Part shown: positions 26,026 to 36,070 of the stretch, in pieces | How positions within the stretch are numbered: position 1 is the stretch's first letter | Layout: every line of letters begins with the position of its first letter | Virus record (IMG/VR): IMGVR_UViG_3300032226_000683 | Span: 4,568-68,567 of that record | Reading direction: 5' to 3' (one strand) | Length of the DNA stretch: 64,000 nucleotides | Source of the DNA: a virus | Lineage: Duplodnaviria > Caudoviricetes | Notes under the pieces: generated by a model | Database searches by the model: none | Told to the model about the DNA's origin: nothing | What the model saw: the letters and a program-made list of their open reading frames with translations, nothing else | Translations under genes and position numbers: made by a program

Positions 26026-27429
26026 TTAGCTAACGTAGTCAAGGCTGATGGTAGGCCGAGTATGCATTACGACGTAGCCGTACTGCGGGAACACGGGCCG
26101 AGCACCGCTCGCACAAACTCCGCGAAAATATCCGACATTACCGTCCGGATTATTTTGGCGATCCAAGATGTTAACCCATTTGAACTCACCACGGTAGTTC
26201 TGAGGATTGAATGCCATCTTGTTGTTGGTGCTGATAGGAGACGGAACCACAGAGCGGAATACATCTTGATGGAAGATGTAGCTGATCTCGTAGGCCGCGG
26301 TCTCGTAGGCGGGGTTGATGTTGTACGCCGTACCCTTGGTCGTGACTTCCTTACGGAAAGGATACACACGGAACAAGTAGGCAGGGCTCGTACCAGCCAC
26401 GGCAAAGCGCGGAGGATACGGATCGATGGAGTGGTAGAAACCACCGTAAGAACGCTCAATACCGAGAGGCGTGAGCAATTCATTCGGCTTTGCGTACCGG
26501 TAATCCTGGCGAATGTCAGCATTCAACCGAATCAGGTTTTCGCTGGTTTCGGCACCGCAGATCAACATGAACACCGGAGCGCCGTTTTCACGGCCCATGG
26601 CGTTAGTTCCCGCGCCGTCGCGGATAAGTTTCATGTAGAGCCGCTTGAGGATGCCTTGAGTCAACTGGCTCTGAGGGAGCGCAGTAGATGTGATTGCACC
26701 GCCACCTACTGCCGACACCGAGCCATTAACAACGGCATTATAGACAGCTTTAGCGTCACCAACGGTTGTAGTGCCAGAGGTGGGATTAGCAATAGCACCA
26801 ACTCCGGGATAAACGAGGTTATTTCCCTCGATGACCACCGAGCGGGTGTACAGATTCCGGTAGCGATCTTGCCAAACCAAGGAGGTCGACTCAGTGAGGA
26901 CATCCATGATGTTGGAGAGCTGTTCTTTGCGTTTAACGGCAAAGCGCAAATCTTCCAAGGAAATATCGGGGGAATCAACCGAGGCCCATTCCAGCGAGTA
27001 CTGACGGAGCTTTTGTCCGAAAGTAACGCCAGTAAGAGCTACGGGCAGCGCATTACCAGAGGTAGAGGCTGAATCAACCGGATCTCCGAATGATGCTAGA
27101 GTGCTGGTAACCTGAGTATAAGGGTTGAAGCCCTGATAGTCCTGGGTAACCTGATTTGAACCGAGTGTTCGCCATCCTTGTCCTGCGTCTTGTCTGATAT
27201 CGTTTACGGCATAGCCAACTGCGGTATCACCGGCAGTAGCCAAAGCACGGGAGGGGTAGAAACGTTCGAAAGTGACCGAGCTGATCACATCGCCCATTTC
27301 CTCGGGGAACTGTTCCTGCTTGGTCAGTTTGAGCCAAGCAGAGGTATCGATCGTCCGGCGATAAATCTCCGGTCCGATACGACCCGCTTCTTTAACCAGC
27401 AACTGCTGGATATTATAAGTCGTAGACAT
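26026..27429 (-). CDS. Major capsid protein
   Basis: 467 aa after portal and scaffold; strong SD (GAAAGGA); followed by decoration gene and hairpin. Confidence 0.8.
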   Translation of the reverse strand: MSTTYNIQQLLVKEAGRIGPEIYRRTIDTSAWLKLTKQEQFPEEMGDVISSVTFERFYPSRALATAGDTAVGYAVNDIRQDAGQGWRTLGSNQVTQDYQGFNPYTQVTSTLASFGDPVDSASTSGNALPVALTGVTFGQKLRQYSLEWASVDSPDISLEDLRFAVKRKEQLSNIMDVLTESTSLVWQDRYRNLYTRSVVIEGNNLVYPGVGAIANPTSGTTTVGDAKAVYNAVVNGSVSAVGGGAITSTALPQSQLTQGILKRLYMKLIRDGAGTNAMGRENGAPVFMLICGAETSENLIRLNADIRQDYRYAKPNELLTPLGIERSYGGFYHSIDPYPPRFAVAGTSPAYLFRVYPFRKEVTTKGTAYNINPAYETAAYEISYIFHQDVFRSVVPSPISTNNKMAFNPQNYRGEFKWVNILDRQNNPDGNVGYFRGVCASGARPVFPQYGYVVMHTRPTISLDYVS

Positions 27430-27447
27430 AGTAGTTATTTTCCTTTC

Positions 27448-27684
27448 AACCTTCCCCTTACTCGCGCAAAGGGTAGGTTATGATTTGTAATAAGTATGCC
27501 AGCCCCTATCGAGGCTATCCATTCTCATCACGACTCAAAACTTTTCCCTGGCGGCATCCCAGAGCTTTTAATGCCCGAATTCTGCTAGACCGTCTCAATC
27601 TTTATAGGTCTTGTTCGGCAAGGATCTCAGTCTTTATACCTGTACCGAACTAGTTAAAAGTATCAACCGGGTGGAACGTGTCAA
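27448..27684 (-). promoter_or_regulatory. Major capsid promoter and long structured 5' leader
   Basis: TTGACA (27684-27679)-16-TACTTT; 14-bp direct repeats; hairpins. Confidence 0.5.
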
Positions 27685-27699
27685 TACCTTTTTACGATT

Positions 27700-28908
27700 T
27701 TATTTCAATCCACGCTCTAAAGCTTCTAGGAAGCCCAAGTCGGATGGAATTTCTGGGGCGCTACCTTTATCTCCACCAGAAGACGGTAGTGTAGACCGAA
27801 GTTCTTTGGATAGCTTTTCTAGTTCAGAAATACGGGACTGTGTTTTAGCCACATAATCCTGGAATACGTTCATAATCACGGGCATTGCGGCAGCATTAAA
27901 GGTCAATTTAGCTTTAGCCCGCGGGTCTAGTTCAGTATTTTCGATCTGCAGCGCTTGTTGCTGAATGCTGTTTAGAGTGCTATTCCAGGCTTCGTTTCCT
28001 TCAATAGGTCGCAATAAAGCATTTTCCTTCTGAAGGTTTTGCCATTCAGAATCATAAGCAGTTTTAACTTCTGACTCCATTCTCTCTTTAAAAGCTGCCG
28101 CCTCTTTCTGCTCTTCCGCTTGAATCATTTGAAGTACGGTATTAACATCTTTAGTTAAAATTTCTCGTCTTTCAAATACTTTTTGAAGTTCTTCCGCCTT
28201 GCTTCGAATAGCTAGGGAATCTACTGGATCAAATGAACTTGTGGCTTCTTTTAGCAGGGCTCGACGTTTCGCTGCATCTGGCTCAACCATCGCGGAATAA
28301 ATATTCCTGGGGTCAACTCCCTCGTATAATTTACTGATCTCAGAAACCTCTTTTTGAATGTTGTTAAGAGGCTCGGTAACAGCCTGTTTATATTCCTTAG
28401 TAGACTCCAGTCGGGAGAATTTCAATTCGTTTTCGTACTCATCGCGTTCTTGCTTGAGAGTATTCAACTGATTCTGCAAGTCGATTTGCTCGATTGAATT
28501 AGTTGGAGCTTCGGAGACTTTGCCCTCCAGTTCTTTTAGCTTTGTGCGAGCTTCGCGTAAATCTTTAGTCAAACGGGCCCAAGCTGTCTGAGCCTCCGGC
28601 TTAAGATTCTCTGGAGCCTTAACATCTGAATCATCGGAAATAGTTTCAGTCTTTGCGACTTCTTCTTGCCCAGTCATACGCTTGGTCAGGATATCCAGCG
28701 GATTAGTGCTAGAAGACGCATCAGTTTTAGAGACTTCCACAGATTTTGTAGTTTCAGCCGGAGCTGTCACAGCCGTTGCGACGGGAGTTTCAGCTGCGGG
28801 AGCTTTATTTAGGGCTTCAAATCCGGCGTCAAATGCGTCGGCAAAGCTAATGTTTTGGGAGGCGTCGGCTCCCGATACTACGGGTTCTGCTGTGGCTGTT
28901 TCGCTCAT
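27700..28908 (-). CDS. Capsid scaffolding protein
   Basis: 402 aa, acidic and coiled-coil, between portal and major capsid. Confidence 0.7.
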   Translation of the reverse strand: MSETATAEPVVSGADASQNISFADAFDAGFEALNKAPAAETPVATAVTAPAETTKSVEVSKTDASSSTNPLDILTKRMTGQEEVAKTETISDDSDVKAPENLKPEAQTAWARLTKDLREARTKLKELEGKVSEAPTNSIEQIDLQNQLNTLKQERDEYENELKFSRLESTKEYKQAVTEPLNNIQKEVSEISKLYEGVDPRNIYSAMVEPDAAKRRALLKEATSSFDPVDSLAIRSKAEELQKVFERREILTKDVNTVLQMIQAEEQKEAAAFKERMESEVKTAYDSEWQNLQKENALLRPIEGNEAWNSTLNSIQQQALQIENTELDPRAKAKLTFNAAAMPVIMNVFQDYVAKTQSRISELEKLSKELRSTLPSSGGDKGSAPEIPSDLGFLEALERGLK

Positions 28909-28920
28909 AATTAATGTTCC

Positions 28921-29214
28921 TTATTGTTGGTTGGTTTCTTCTGGTTTTGTTTCCCAAGGTTCTGGTAAAGGGGTCGGTTCATTTAGATCTTCGGATAACG
29001 CTTTAAGTACTCGAAGTGCTTCGTGATATCCTTCTCGTCGTGCGTTTAGAGTTGCGTTCCAGTCAATGAAATCAACGTTCTGAGGCGGAAGTGAAGGAAT
29101 TGGACTTCCAAGATTTAATAGAACTTGATACAAAGATGAACCGGTTTCAGACTTTAAAAAAGCTTTCCACTCAGCTTTTAAATGACTTCTATTATTCCAA
29201 TCTTTTAACGTCAT
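28921..29214 (-). CDS. Small head-assembly protein
   Basis: 97 aa immediately after the portal; REG motif like Bbp19-type proteins. Confidence 0.5.
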   Translation of the reverse strand: MTLKDWNNRSHLKAEWKAFLKSETGSSLYQVLLNLGSPIPSLPPQNVDFIDWNATLNARREGYHEALRVLKALSEDLNEPTPLPEPWETKPEETNQQ

Positions 29215-31481
29215 GCTTTTGGTGCTTTGGGGGTATTCATAGCGACACGCAGATTAGCTGCGGCTTGCGCATCTTGTAAAGCTAATTTTTGTTTTAATTC
29301 TGCTTCTTTGAATCTCGCGTCTAGCTCTGCTCTCTGTTGCTTCAATTGCATGTCGAGCTCGTGCTCTTGCATTTTCATTTGCATTTGTGGCGATATCCCT
29401 TGTATCTCTCCTTGTTCAAGGGCCATTTGCTGTTGCTGTTCATTTGCTACCCGAATATCCTGCTGTACATCTCTCTGCAAATTAACCACGGCTTCACGGA
29501 GCAAATTCATAATAAGTTTAGCTTGGCCTAATTCCTGTTGCCGATTCTTATCGTCAGCAATTTTAAGAAGGTGCTCATTACAATGTTCGTATACCATGGT
29601 AAGGAACATCATTGTTTTTTGTTTATCTTCTATCTCATTGTTTTGGACGGCTTGTACTATTGGTTGAACTTCTTTCAAGTGAACTGATAAATGAATAGCG
29701 TGATTCTCGTTTGGCATAACTGTTACTTGCCGTCCGGCCTGCATCGACCCGTTCTCTAGTTCAGCAATTTTAGCATCCATTGGAATTCTATTTTTGACGG
29801 TAGGATTGGGTAAATATCGATCAACTTGATCATAACCCACTCTTGCTGCAATCCGATCCCTCAAAGCATTAATCTGTCCGACTTCATCAAATTTAGGCAG
29901 AAGTTGCATAAATTCATTAAAGGTTGAAAGGCGGGCAGCTGGAGAACCCAGACCGATTGCTTTTACGGCGTCAACGCTGAACACAGATTTTACTGCCTGC
30001 CAAGGAACATTTCTCTCTACTAATCTTTTTCTGAATTCAATTGCTCCAGCATAGCCAGGCTCGCCAGGAATCCACGTATCACGTTGCAGTCTTCGGAATT
30101 GTTCTTTCAATAGTTTTCCCCAAGGCACATAAAACAAATTCATGGCATTTGTAGTTAAAATAGACTCGGTAGCCAATTGCGCCTCTACCTCATATGCGGT
30201 TCTGGGGTTCCCGCTACCACTGCCAGCTATTGGCATATATGATCCGGTGTTACCTTGTCGAACTGCTGCCATATCGTCAATTAAAGGTTTAACATTCTCA
30301 GCAAGATTTGGAAAATTGGTATTGACTACACTCAATCCTGGCGGAAGGAAAGACAGCGGACCGGAATAAGCCATCGTCATTCTAGAAATATCTTCGGAGC
30401 TTTGCGGCTGTAGCAATACAGAAGTTTGTAACATGGCTCCGTCCGCCATAGCGCAACGCAACCGATTGGTCATTTGAATATGGGGAAAGATTTTATACCC
30501 AAGTCCTCGGATAGAATGATACATTCCGTTCCCAACTCCATATGTAAAAATATGAAAAGCCTCCGAGGCAGTTTTAAAACGGTGTAACTTTTTAAACAAG
30601 AAATCACCTTTTCCGTCACGACGCCCGATAGCGTGTGAATAGCTGCCGTCAAATTCTCGAACGTAATAATGTACTACGTGAATCTCGCGGCTCCTAACGT
30701 GAGCAAAATAAAGATCGTTATCTTTAATCTGTCTTTGCAACTCTTCCCAATTAAATCCGTCTTGTGGAAAAGTGGTGGTAGCATCTCGGATTGCGTCCCT
30801 GACAGCTTGGACATTCCATCCCGCTTGGGTGGCAATTTCCGGATTCTCGATGTACTGAAACAATTCGTGAGTTAAATAAATTCGGCGTACACAAGCAATT
30901 TCCACTTTATCTTCTGTAGCGGAAGTTCCTCTTGGGATAAAAAAATCTCCAATTGGACATACATTCCATTGCCAATTACGTTCGTCCTCAAAAAAAGCAA
31001 TACCTAAGCCTTGTGATACAAAATAATAAGAAAGAAGCTGTTGTTTAAAGTAAAAGCTTGACCAATCTTTTGTCAACAATCTATGAAACTCTTCTGCAAT
31101 AATAGAGCCATATTCCTCACGTTGACTTTCGTCTCCATACGAAGTTTTAATATTTACAAGTCTATCTACAGAAGTTACTAAATCATTGTATGAAGTTAAA
31201 GCTCTTTCTAAATCAGCCCCTGCTTCGCCAAAATTTAAATTTGCCCGATAACCTTGGCCCAAGCGTCGAAGTGCAACGGGATCGTATGGGGCAGCCCCGT
31301 CAAACATATCCATAATTCTAGTACGATCACGAGCAGAAGCTTCATCCGCTAAATACAAATTTTGATAAAGACTATAAAGTCCGTTGTGGTCGCTAATGCG
31401 AGTTTTCGGAACTTTTCCGCTTTCGCTTATTGTTAACAGGTCCGAATCTGGTACAGAATAAGTGTTATATTTGGGTTCCAC
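29211..31481 (-). CDS. Portal protein
   Basis: About 756 aa after terL, with a Q-rich C-terminal coiled coil (P22-type barrel). The track start TTG 31520 is a -35 box; GTG 31481 follows TTGACA-17-CATACT. Confidence 0.75.
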   Translation of the reverse strand: MEPKYNTYSVPDSDLLTISESGKVPKTRISDHNGLYSLYQNLYLADEASARDRTRIMDMFDGAAPYDPVALRRLGQGYRANLNFGEAGADLERALTSYNDLVTSVDRLVNIKTSYGDESQREEYGSIIAEEFHRLLTKDWSSFYFKQQLLSYYFVSQGLGIAFFEDERNWQWNVCPIGDFFIPRGTSATEDKVEIACVRRIYLTHELFQYIENPEIATQAGWNVQAVRDAIRDATTTFPQDGFNWEELQRQIKDNDLYFAHVRSREIHVVHYYVREFDGSYSHAIGRRDGKGDFLFKKLHRFKTASEAFHIFTYGVGNGMYHSIRGLGYKIFPHIQMTNRLRCAMADGAMLQTSVLLQPQSSEDISRMTMAYSGPLSFLPPGLSVVNTNFPNLAENVKPLIDDMAAVRQGNTGSYMPIAGSGSGNPRTAYEVEAQLATESILTTNAMNLFYVPWGKLLKEQFRRLQRDTWIPGEPGYAGAIEFRKRLVERNVPWQAVKSVFSVDAVKAIGLGSPAARLSTFNEFMQLLPKFDEVGQINALRDRIAARVGYDQVDRYLPNPTVKNRIPMDAKIAELENGSMQAGRQVTVMPNENHAIHLSVHLKEVQPIVQAVQNNEIEDKQKTMMFLTMVYEHCNEHLLKIADDKNRQQELGQAKLIMNLLREAVVNLQRDVQQDIRVANEQQQQMALEQGEIQGISPQMQMKMQEHELDMQLKQQRAELDARFKEAELKQKLALQDAQAAANLRVAMNTPKAPKA

Positions 31482-31527
31482 AAGTTCGACTAGTATGGGC
31501 GAGCCTGCTAGCCCTGTCAATCAACTT

Positions 31528-33267
31528 TTAGCTTCCTAAGAAGGACGACTCAGCAACTGCCTGGTCTAGCTTCCTTACTTGTTCCGTCCAGCTAGCTCTT
31601 AACTTTCCTCCGACTAAAGACCCGGCATGAATACCCAACTTCTGCCTTGCTAAATCTAAACCTAAAAAGAAGGCATCAGCCAAATCGGGAGACCGGCCTA
31701 GTCTAAGTTTATAGTCTCTTTTAGGCTCAACTGTTACTTTTCCTCCCCCTGTGGTCGTATATTTTCTACCGGTCATCTCTTTAGCTAAATCAGGAACAAT
31801 ACCTTTAAGTTGACCCGCTCGCATGTACTCCACCCCAGAAAACCATAATTCGGTCACGCGATTAGTATACTTATCTGATCCCTTGACGGGATTAGTAATA
31901 CTTACTGGAAGACTGGAGGCTCGTTCTCCAAATTTGATTCGAAGGATCCTGGGGGACCATAGCTCCGCAAGGATATCACAAAAGGGATCTCCGGCTCCAG
32001 TAGCGTCTATCGCTAATCGTTCTGGGGGAATCCCGGATTCGTGGCAAATACGCATAACTTCTCTGGCAATTTGGAAATTCCTAGGTTCTGGTTTGGTTAC
32101 ATCTTCCCGTAAATAATGAAACTTTTGTAACGCTACAGCGGGACCGGCTTCCTCGCTTTGTCCATACTTTAGAATAGCCAGAACAGATCGATCCCCGCCA
32201 TTCGTAAAGGCTGGGTCAAACCCGGCTAAATACATGGGTGTGGAGGACCATCTTGGCTCTTTTGTCACATCATATTTACGAAAATCAGCTTCTGAATAGA
32301 TCCCCTCCTCCGCCCCAACAGGAGCTGGAAAGCTTCTAATAAATCGCCAAAATGAAAGGGAGTTTTCCCCTTCATTGTCAATCGCATACTTAACTTGCTT
32401 GGACGTCAGCAAAAAAGGCCATTTATCGTTATGCTCGATATTTGGAGTCTTCAGTCCGTCCAAATGAATACATTTTCCACTTTTAGTTTCCCACTCATCG
32501 GCATCTACTGTAATTGAATTCCAACCATCCTTTGGTGTCGAGAAAACCCCAAACGGATCGTATTGAGAATTAAAGTTACCTAATGCAACACATTGGAATT
32601 GTGGATTGGCATTCAAATTATTAATTGCCTCGAACACCGAATTAGTAACATCGGTTGCTTCGTCAATAATCAAGAACACCCTTTTATTTTTTAGACCAAT
32701 AAGTTTTGCTGTTGCTTCCTTTTCTTTATCGGGACTTGAAGGTACTAGGGTAATGGAGGAACGGTCCGATGCTTCGCCGGATTCGGACACGTCTAGAACA
32801 ATCTTCCCCATCGAGTCAACTAATTTGCCCGGCAATCCTGGAACTTGCATATACCGTTCACGAATTGATCCCCACAAACGTTTACGGGCTTCTCGAACGC
32901 TGGTCGTGGTGACAAGCACTAAAGTTTCGTGTGGGGCGCAAAGCCAATTTACTAAACCCCACATCGCCATAGTGGAAGTCTTGGCCGAAGACTTCGGACC
33001 GGAAATAGCTAAATAGTTTTCTTCGCAAGCACGTTCAATCATCCAATCAGCCCAAGGATGCCAATGAAATCCGTTTTTGCTTTTAGTTTTGTGATAAGGC
33101 CAAAGCAAATTAACTACATTCTTGAAATGTTGAGCCTTGCCCAAACCTCCATCCTCGGGTCTTAACCCAAGTTTAAAAGCGAGCAATTCAATGTCGAGGT
33201 CTCCAGCTCCATCTGGCCAGGACTTTCCATATTTTTCTATAGGCAAGGGACTACTCTGCATAATCAC
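31528..33267 (-). CDS. terL: Terminase large subunit
   Basis: Walker A-like GPKSSAKT, Walker B LIIDEA, nuclease AGFDPAF...GGD, C-terminal SPDLADA. Confidence 0.9.
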   Translation of the reverse strand: MIMQSSPLPIEKYGKSWPDGAGDLDIELLAFKLGLRPEDGGLGKAQHFKNVVNLLWPYHKTKSKNGFHWHPWADWMIERACEENYLAISGPKSSAKTSTMAMWGLVNWLCAPHETLVLVTTTSVREARKRLWGSIRERYMQVPGLPGKLVDSMGKIVLDVSESGEASDRSSITLVPSSPDKEKEATAKLIGLKNKRVFLIIDEATDVTNSVFEAINNLNANPQFQCVALGNFNSQYDPFGVFSTPKDGWNSITVDADEWETKSGKCIHLDGLKTPNIEHNDKWPFLLTSKQVKYAIDNEGENSLSFWRFIRSFPAPVGAEEGIYSEADFRKYDVTKEPRWSSTPMYLAGFDPAFTNGGDRSVLAILKYGQSEEAGPAVALQKFHYLREDVTKPEPRNFQIAREVMRICHESGIPPERLAIDATGAGDPFCDILAELWSPRILRIKFGERASSLPVSITNPVKGSDKYTNRVTELWFSGVEYMRAGQLKGIVPDLAKEMTGRKYTTTGGGKVTVEPKRDYKLRLGRSPDLADAFFLGLDLARQKLGIHAGSLVGGKLRASWTEQVRKLDQAVAESSFLGS

Positions 33268-33295
33268 TTGACAGTTGTCAATTTGAGTTCACTCT
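33253..33295. promoter_or_regulatory. Divergent overlapping promoters between the structural and replication arms
   Basis: TTGACA-GT-TGTCAA inverted repeat at 33268-33281. Confidence 0.6.
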
Positions 33296-33324
33296 ACCCA
33301 GCACGATGAACATACCACTAAAAA

Positions 33325-33726
33325 ATGAACAGTTGTACAAAAGGCAAAGTCGGAGAGCGTGAGTGGCGCGATGTCCTCAAAGCGAAGGGCTTCGAAGCGC
33401 GCCGCGGTCGGCAGTTTTCGGGCAGTCCGGAATCGCCCGATGTTGTCAGCAACCTCCCATTTCACTTTGAAGTCAAACGGGTTGAGGCCCTCAACATTAA
33501 CAAAGCTATGGAACAGGCCAAACGAGACAGTGGCAAGAGTGTGCCAGTGGTGGCCCATAGAAAAAACAAGTGCCCGTGGCTTGTTACGATGGCTGCGGAA
33601 GATTGGCTTGAACTAGTTCGTGAAAAACACTCAGACGCTTGTTCAACTCCGCCCGTGGCAGGAGAAATCAAAAAGTATTATACTTCAGGCAATTCAGAAC
33701 CACTCGATCGCGCTGGATTGCTCTGA
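33325..33726 (+). CDS. Holliday junction resolvase (Hjc-like PD-(D/E)XK)
   Basis: MNSxxKGKVGERE...SPDV...FEVKR. Confidence 0.85.
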   Translation: MNSCTKGKVGEREWRDVLKAKGFEARRGRQFSGSPESPDVVSNLPFHFEVKRVEALNINKAMEQAKRDSGKSVPVVAHRKNKCPWLVTMAAEDWLELVREKHSDACSTPPVAGEIKKYYTSGNSEPLDRAGLL

Positions 33727-34924
33727 TACTGGAACGGGAAAAACTGTTACGGCTTGCGCTGTAGCAAAAGAACTTGGCTTTGAATTTGCCGTAATAGCTC
33801 CCAAAATTGTACTTCCTGCTTGGAAAAGTTGGTGTAGCACTTTTGGGCTACAACCAAAATTTGTGCTCAACTATGAAAAGCTGCGGACGGGTAATACAGA
33901 ATTCATAACTAAGCTGGCTAGTAAGCAATGGAATTGGAAGCATAAGGGAAAAGATTTCCTTTATATATTTGACGAGGTGCATCGTTGCAAGAGTTACAAA
34001 TCTCAGAATGGAGCAATGCTCGAGGCCGCGGCTGGATCGAACGTTCTCATGCTGTCTGCTACCGCCGCGGGAAGTCCTATGGATATGCGGTTTACTGGGC
34101 GACTTCTCGGGCTTCACAACGGGGTAGATTACTTTAGGTGGCTCCACAAAAACGGTGTGGTCAAGGCTCCGTGGGGTGGCATGACATTTCGTGGCGGGAA
34201 GCGTGTGCTAACCGATATCCACTCCAAGATATTTCCAGCTAAAGGCGTTCGTATTCGGATCAGTGAACTTGGGGATGCGTTTCCGAGTAACCAGGTAAAC
34301 GCCGAGGTGCTGGACATCTCTCCAAAGATTGGTGAGTTATACCAGAAAGTTGAAGAGGAAATTTTGGAATTAAAAGATCGGTCTCGTACTGACGCAGACC
34401 CAGAGAATCCTCTCACTAAGCGTTTACGCATGAGGCAAGAAATTGAACTGCTTCGAGTTCCTGTGATTACGGAAATGGCGGAGGAGTTTATCGAGGAAGG
34501 CAAAAGCGTTGTGTGCTTTGTAAACTTTAGACAAACGCTTGACGCCATCGGGGAGAGAATGAAAAAGCACAAACCGGTTTATATTCTTGGCGATCAGACA
34601 ACCGACCAAAGAGAATCGGCCATTGCTTCTTTCCAAGCAAACAAGTCGCACTTAATCATCTGCCAAATTGCGGCTGGGGGTGTGGGCGTAAGTCTTCATG
34701 ATCTGCACGGAAGGCCAAGAGTTTCGCTAATTAGTCCGACGTACTCTGCTGTTGACCTGAAACAAGCTCTCGGTCGTATTCACCGCACGGGAGCTAAAAC
34801 TCCCGCGCTACAATACATCCTGTTTGCGGCTAACTCGGTTGAGGAAGAAGTCAGTAAATCAGTAAAAGCCAAACTTCGAAATATTGATTTGCTCAATGAC
34901 GGCGATTTGCTCACTCACAATTAG
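33620..34924 (+). CDS. SF2 DNA helicase
   Basis: DTGTGKT, DEVH, SAT, GGVGVSLHD, QALGRIHR. Confidence 0.9.
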   Translation: MKNTQTLVQLRPWQEKSKSIILQAIQNHSIALDCSDTGTGKTVTACAVAKELGFEFAVIAPKIVLPAWKSWCSTFGLQPKFVLNYEKLRTGNTEFITKLASKQWNWKHKGKDFLYIFDEVHRCKSYKSQNGAMLEAAAGSNVLMLSATAAGSPMDMRFTGRLLGLHNGVDYFRWLHKNGVVKAPWGGMTFRGGKRVLTDIHSKIFPAKGVRIRISELGDAFPSNQVNAEVLDISPKIGELYQKVEEEILELKDRSRTDADPENPLTKRLRMRQEIELLRVPVITEMAEEFIEEGKSVVCFVNFRQTLDAIGERMKKHKPVYILGDQTTDQRESAIASFQANKSHLIICQIAAGGVGVSLHDLHGRPRVSLISPTYSAVDLKQALGRIHRTGAKTPALQYILFAANSVEEEVSKSVKAKLRNIDLLNDGDLLTHN

Positions 34925-34927
34925 CAC

Positions 34928-34955
34928 TTGACGATTACGTTTTTGGGGTCACAAT
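34928..34955 (+). promoter_or_regulatory. Sigma70-like promoter
   Basis: TTGACG-16-CACAAT, 13 nt before ATG 34969. Confidence 0.55.
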
Positions 34956-34968
34956 CCACGGCACGCTG

Positions 34969-35205
34969 ATGGATACACAACACGCAAGATATAGTCCTAG
35001 TACCCTAAAGAGCCGGGAACTGTGCCCAGGTTACGAACCTAAACGGGATGGGGAAGTTCACATAGTTACCCAACGTGGCACCGCCATGCACTACGCATGC
35101 GAGGTATCTGACTTTTCAAAATTAAACGCTGATGAAACCAAGCTAGTTATGAAATGCTTAGATTACATTGAGCGTTTGCGAGCGGAGTTATCCACCGATG
35201 CTTGA
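34969..35205 (+). CDS. N-terminal part of a Cas4-like / DUF2800-type exonuclease
   Basis: HARYSPSTLKSRELCPG...RGTAMH. Confidence 0.75.
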   Translation: MDTQHARYSPSTLKSRELCPGYEPKRDGEVHIVTQRGTAMHYACEVSDFSKLNADETKLVMKCLDYIERLRAELSTDA

Positions 35206-36070
35206 TTTAAAAGAAATTAAGCTAGAGGTTTTTGACCAATGGGGTTTTGTAGACCGATTGATGATTCGTGGCGACAAGGCTCATCTTATCGATTATAAAT
35301 TTGGTTTTAACCCTGTTGATGATGCCGAGCATAATGCTCAAATGTGGGCGTATACTCTAGGTGTTTTTGATAAACACGACTACATCAAAGAAGTTACTGT
35401 ACACATTTTACAACCTCGTCTAGATCTTATCTTCACTCACACATTTACCCGTGAGGGAGACTACCAAAGAATACACAAAAGAATAAAAGGAATCATCGAC
35501 AAATGCAAAAATCATACAGAAGCCGATTATACACCTGGGGATCAATGCGTTTACTGCCACAAGCTAGCAGACTGCCCAGCAGTCCACGGAGCCACAATGC
35601 AGATAGTTAAAGCTTATGACATGGCGCATGACGCTCAGTTGCCAGAACTATTTCAACCTAGCCAGTTGTCCACGCCAGAGCGTAGGGCTCAAGCCCAGCG
35701 TATAGCGATGGTCATGGAAGCTTGGTGCTCTAGCGTTCGTAAACATAATTTAGAATTTGCTAAAGAGGGTGGTGAAATACCAGGCTATGGATTGAAAGAA
35801 ATCCAAGGCCGCAGGGAGATTAAAGACTCTCAGAAAGCTTGGGATTTGGTGAAAGGTAAACTTACTCCGGAGGAGTTCAGCTCCGCCTGCGAGATTAAGT
35901 TCACAGATTTGGCCGATCTAGTTGCGGCCAAGGCGCCTCGCGGTCAGAAGACCGTGGCGAAAGAACAACTGGAAGATGACCTCATCGCTGCTGAAGCAAT
36001 GACGCGTGGTGAGCCATCTTATCAACTAAGAAAAAATAAAGAGATAAAAGAGATAAAACAAATAAAATGA
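35198..36070 (+). CDS. C-terminal catalytic part of a Cas4-like / DUF2800-type exonuclease
   Basis: GFVD...IDYKFG, QMWAY, CVYC...CP; ATG 35198 overlaps the upstream TGA. Confidence 0.8.
   Translation: MLDLKEIKLEVFDQWGFVDRLMIRGDKAHLIDYKFGFNPVDDAEHNAQMWAYTLGVFDKHDYIKEVTVHILQPRLDLIFTHTFTREGDYQRIHKRIKGIIDKCKNHTEADYTPGDQCVYCHKLADCPAVHGATMQIVKAYDMAHDAQLPELFQPSQLSTPERRAQAQRIAMVMEAWCSSVRKHNLEFAKEGGEIPGYGLKEIQGRREIKDSQKAWDLVKGKLTPEEFSSACEIKFTDLADLVAAKAPRGQKTVAKEQLEDDLIAAEAMTRGEPSYQLRKNKEIKEIKQIK

Noticed and set aside
26062-27072. 336-aa plus-strand ORF
   Set aside because: Antisense to the major capsid gene; explained by codon bias, with no SD or motifs
31482-31520. TTG start of the portal at 31520
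   Set aside because: It coincides with a TTGACA -35 box; GTG 31481 after the -10 is more plausible
35190-35210. prfB-type +1 programmed frameshift in the split exonuclease
   Set aside because: The zero-frame codon before TGA is GCT, not a slippery CTT; an SD and ATG support reinitiation instead
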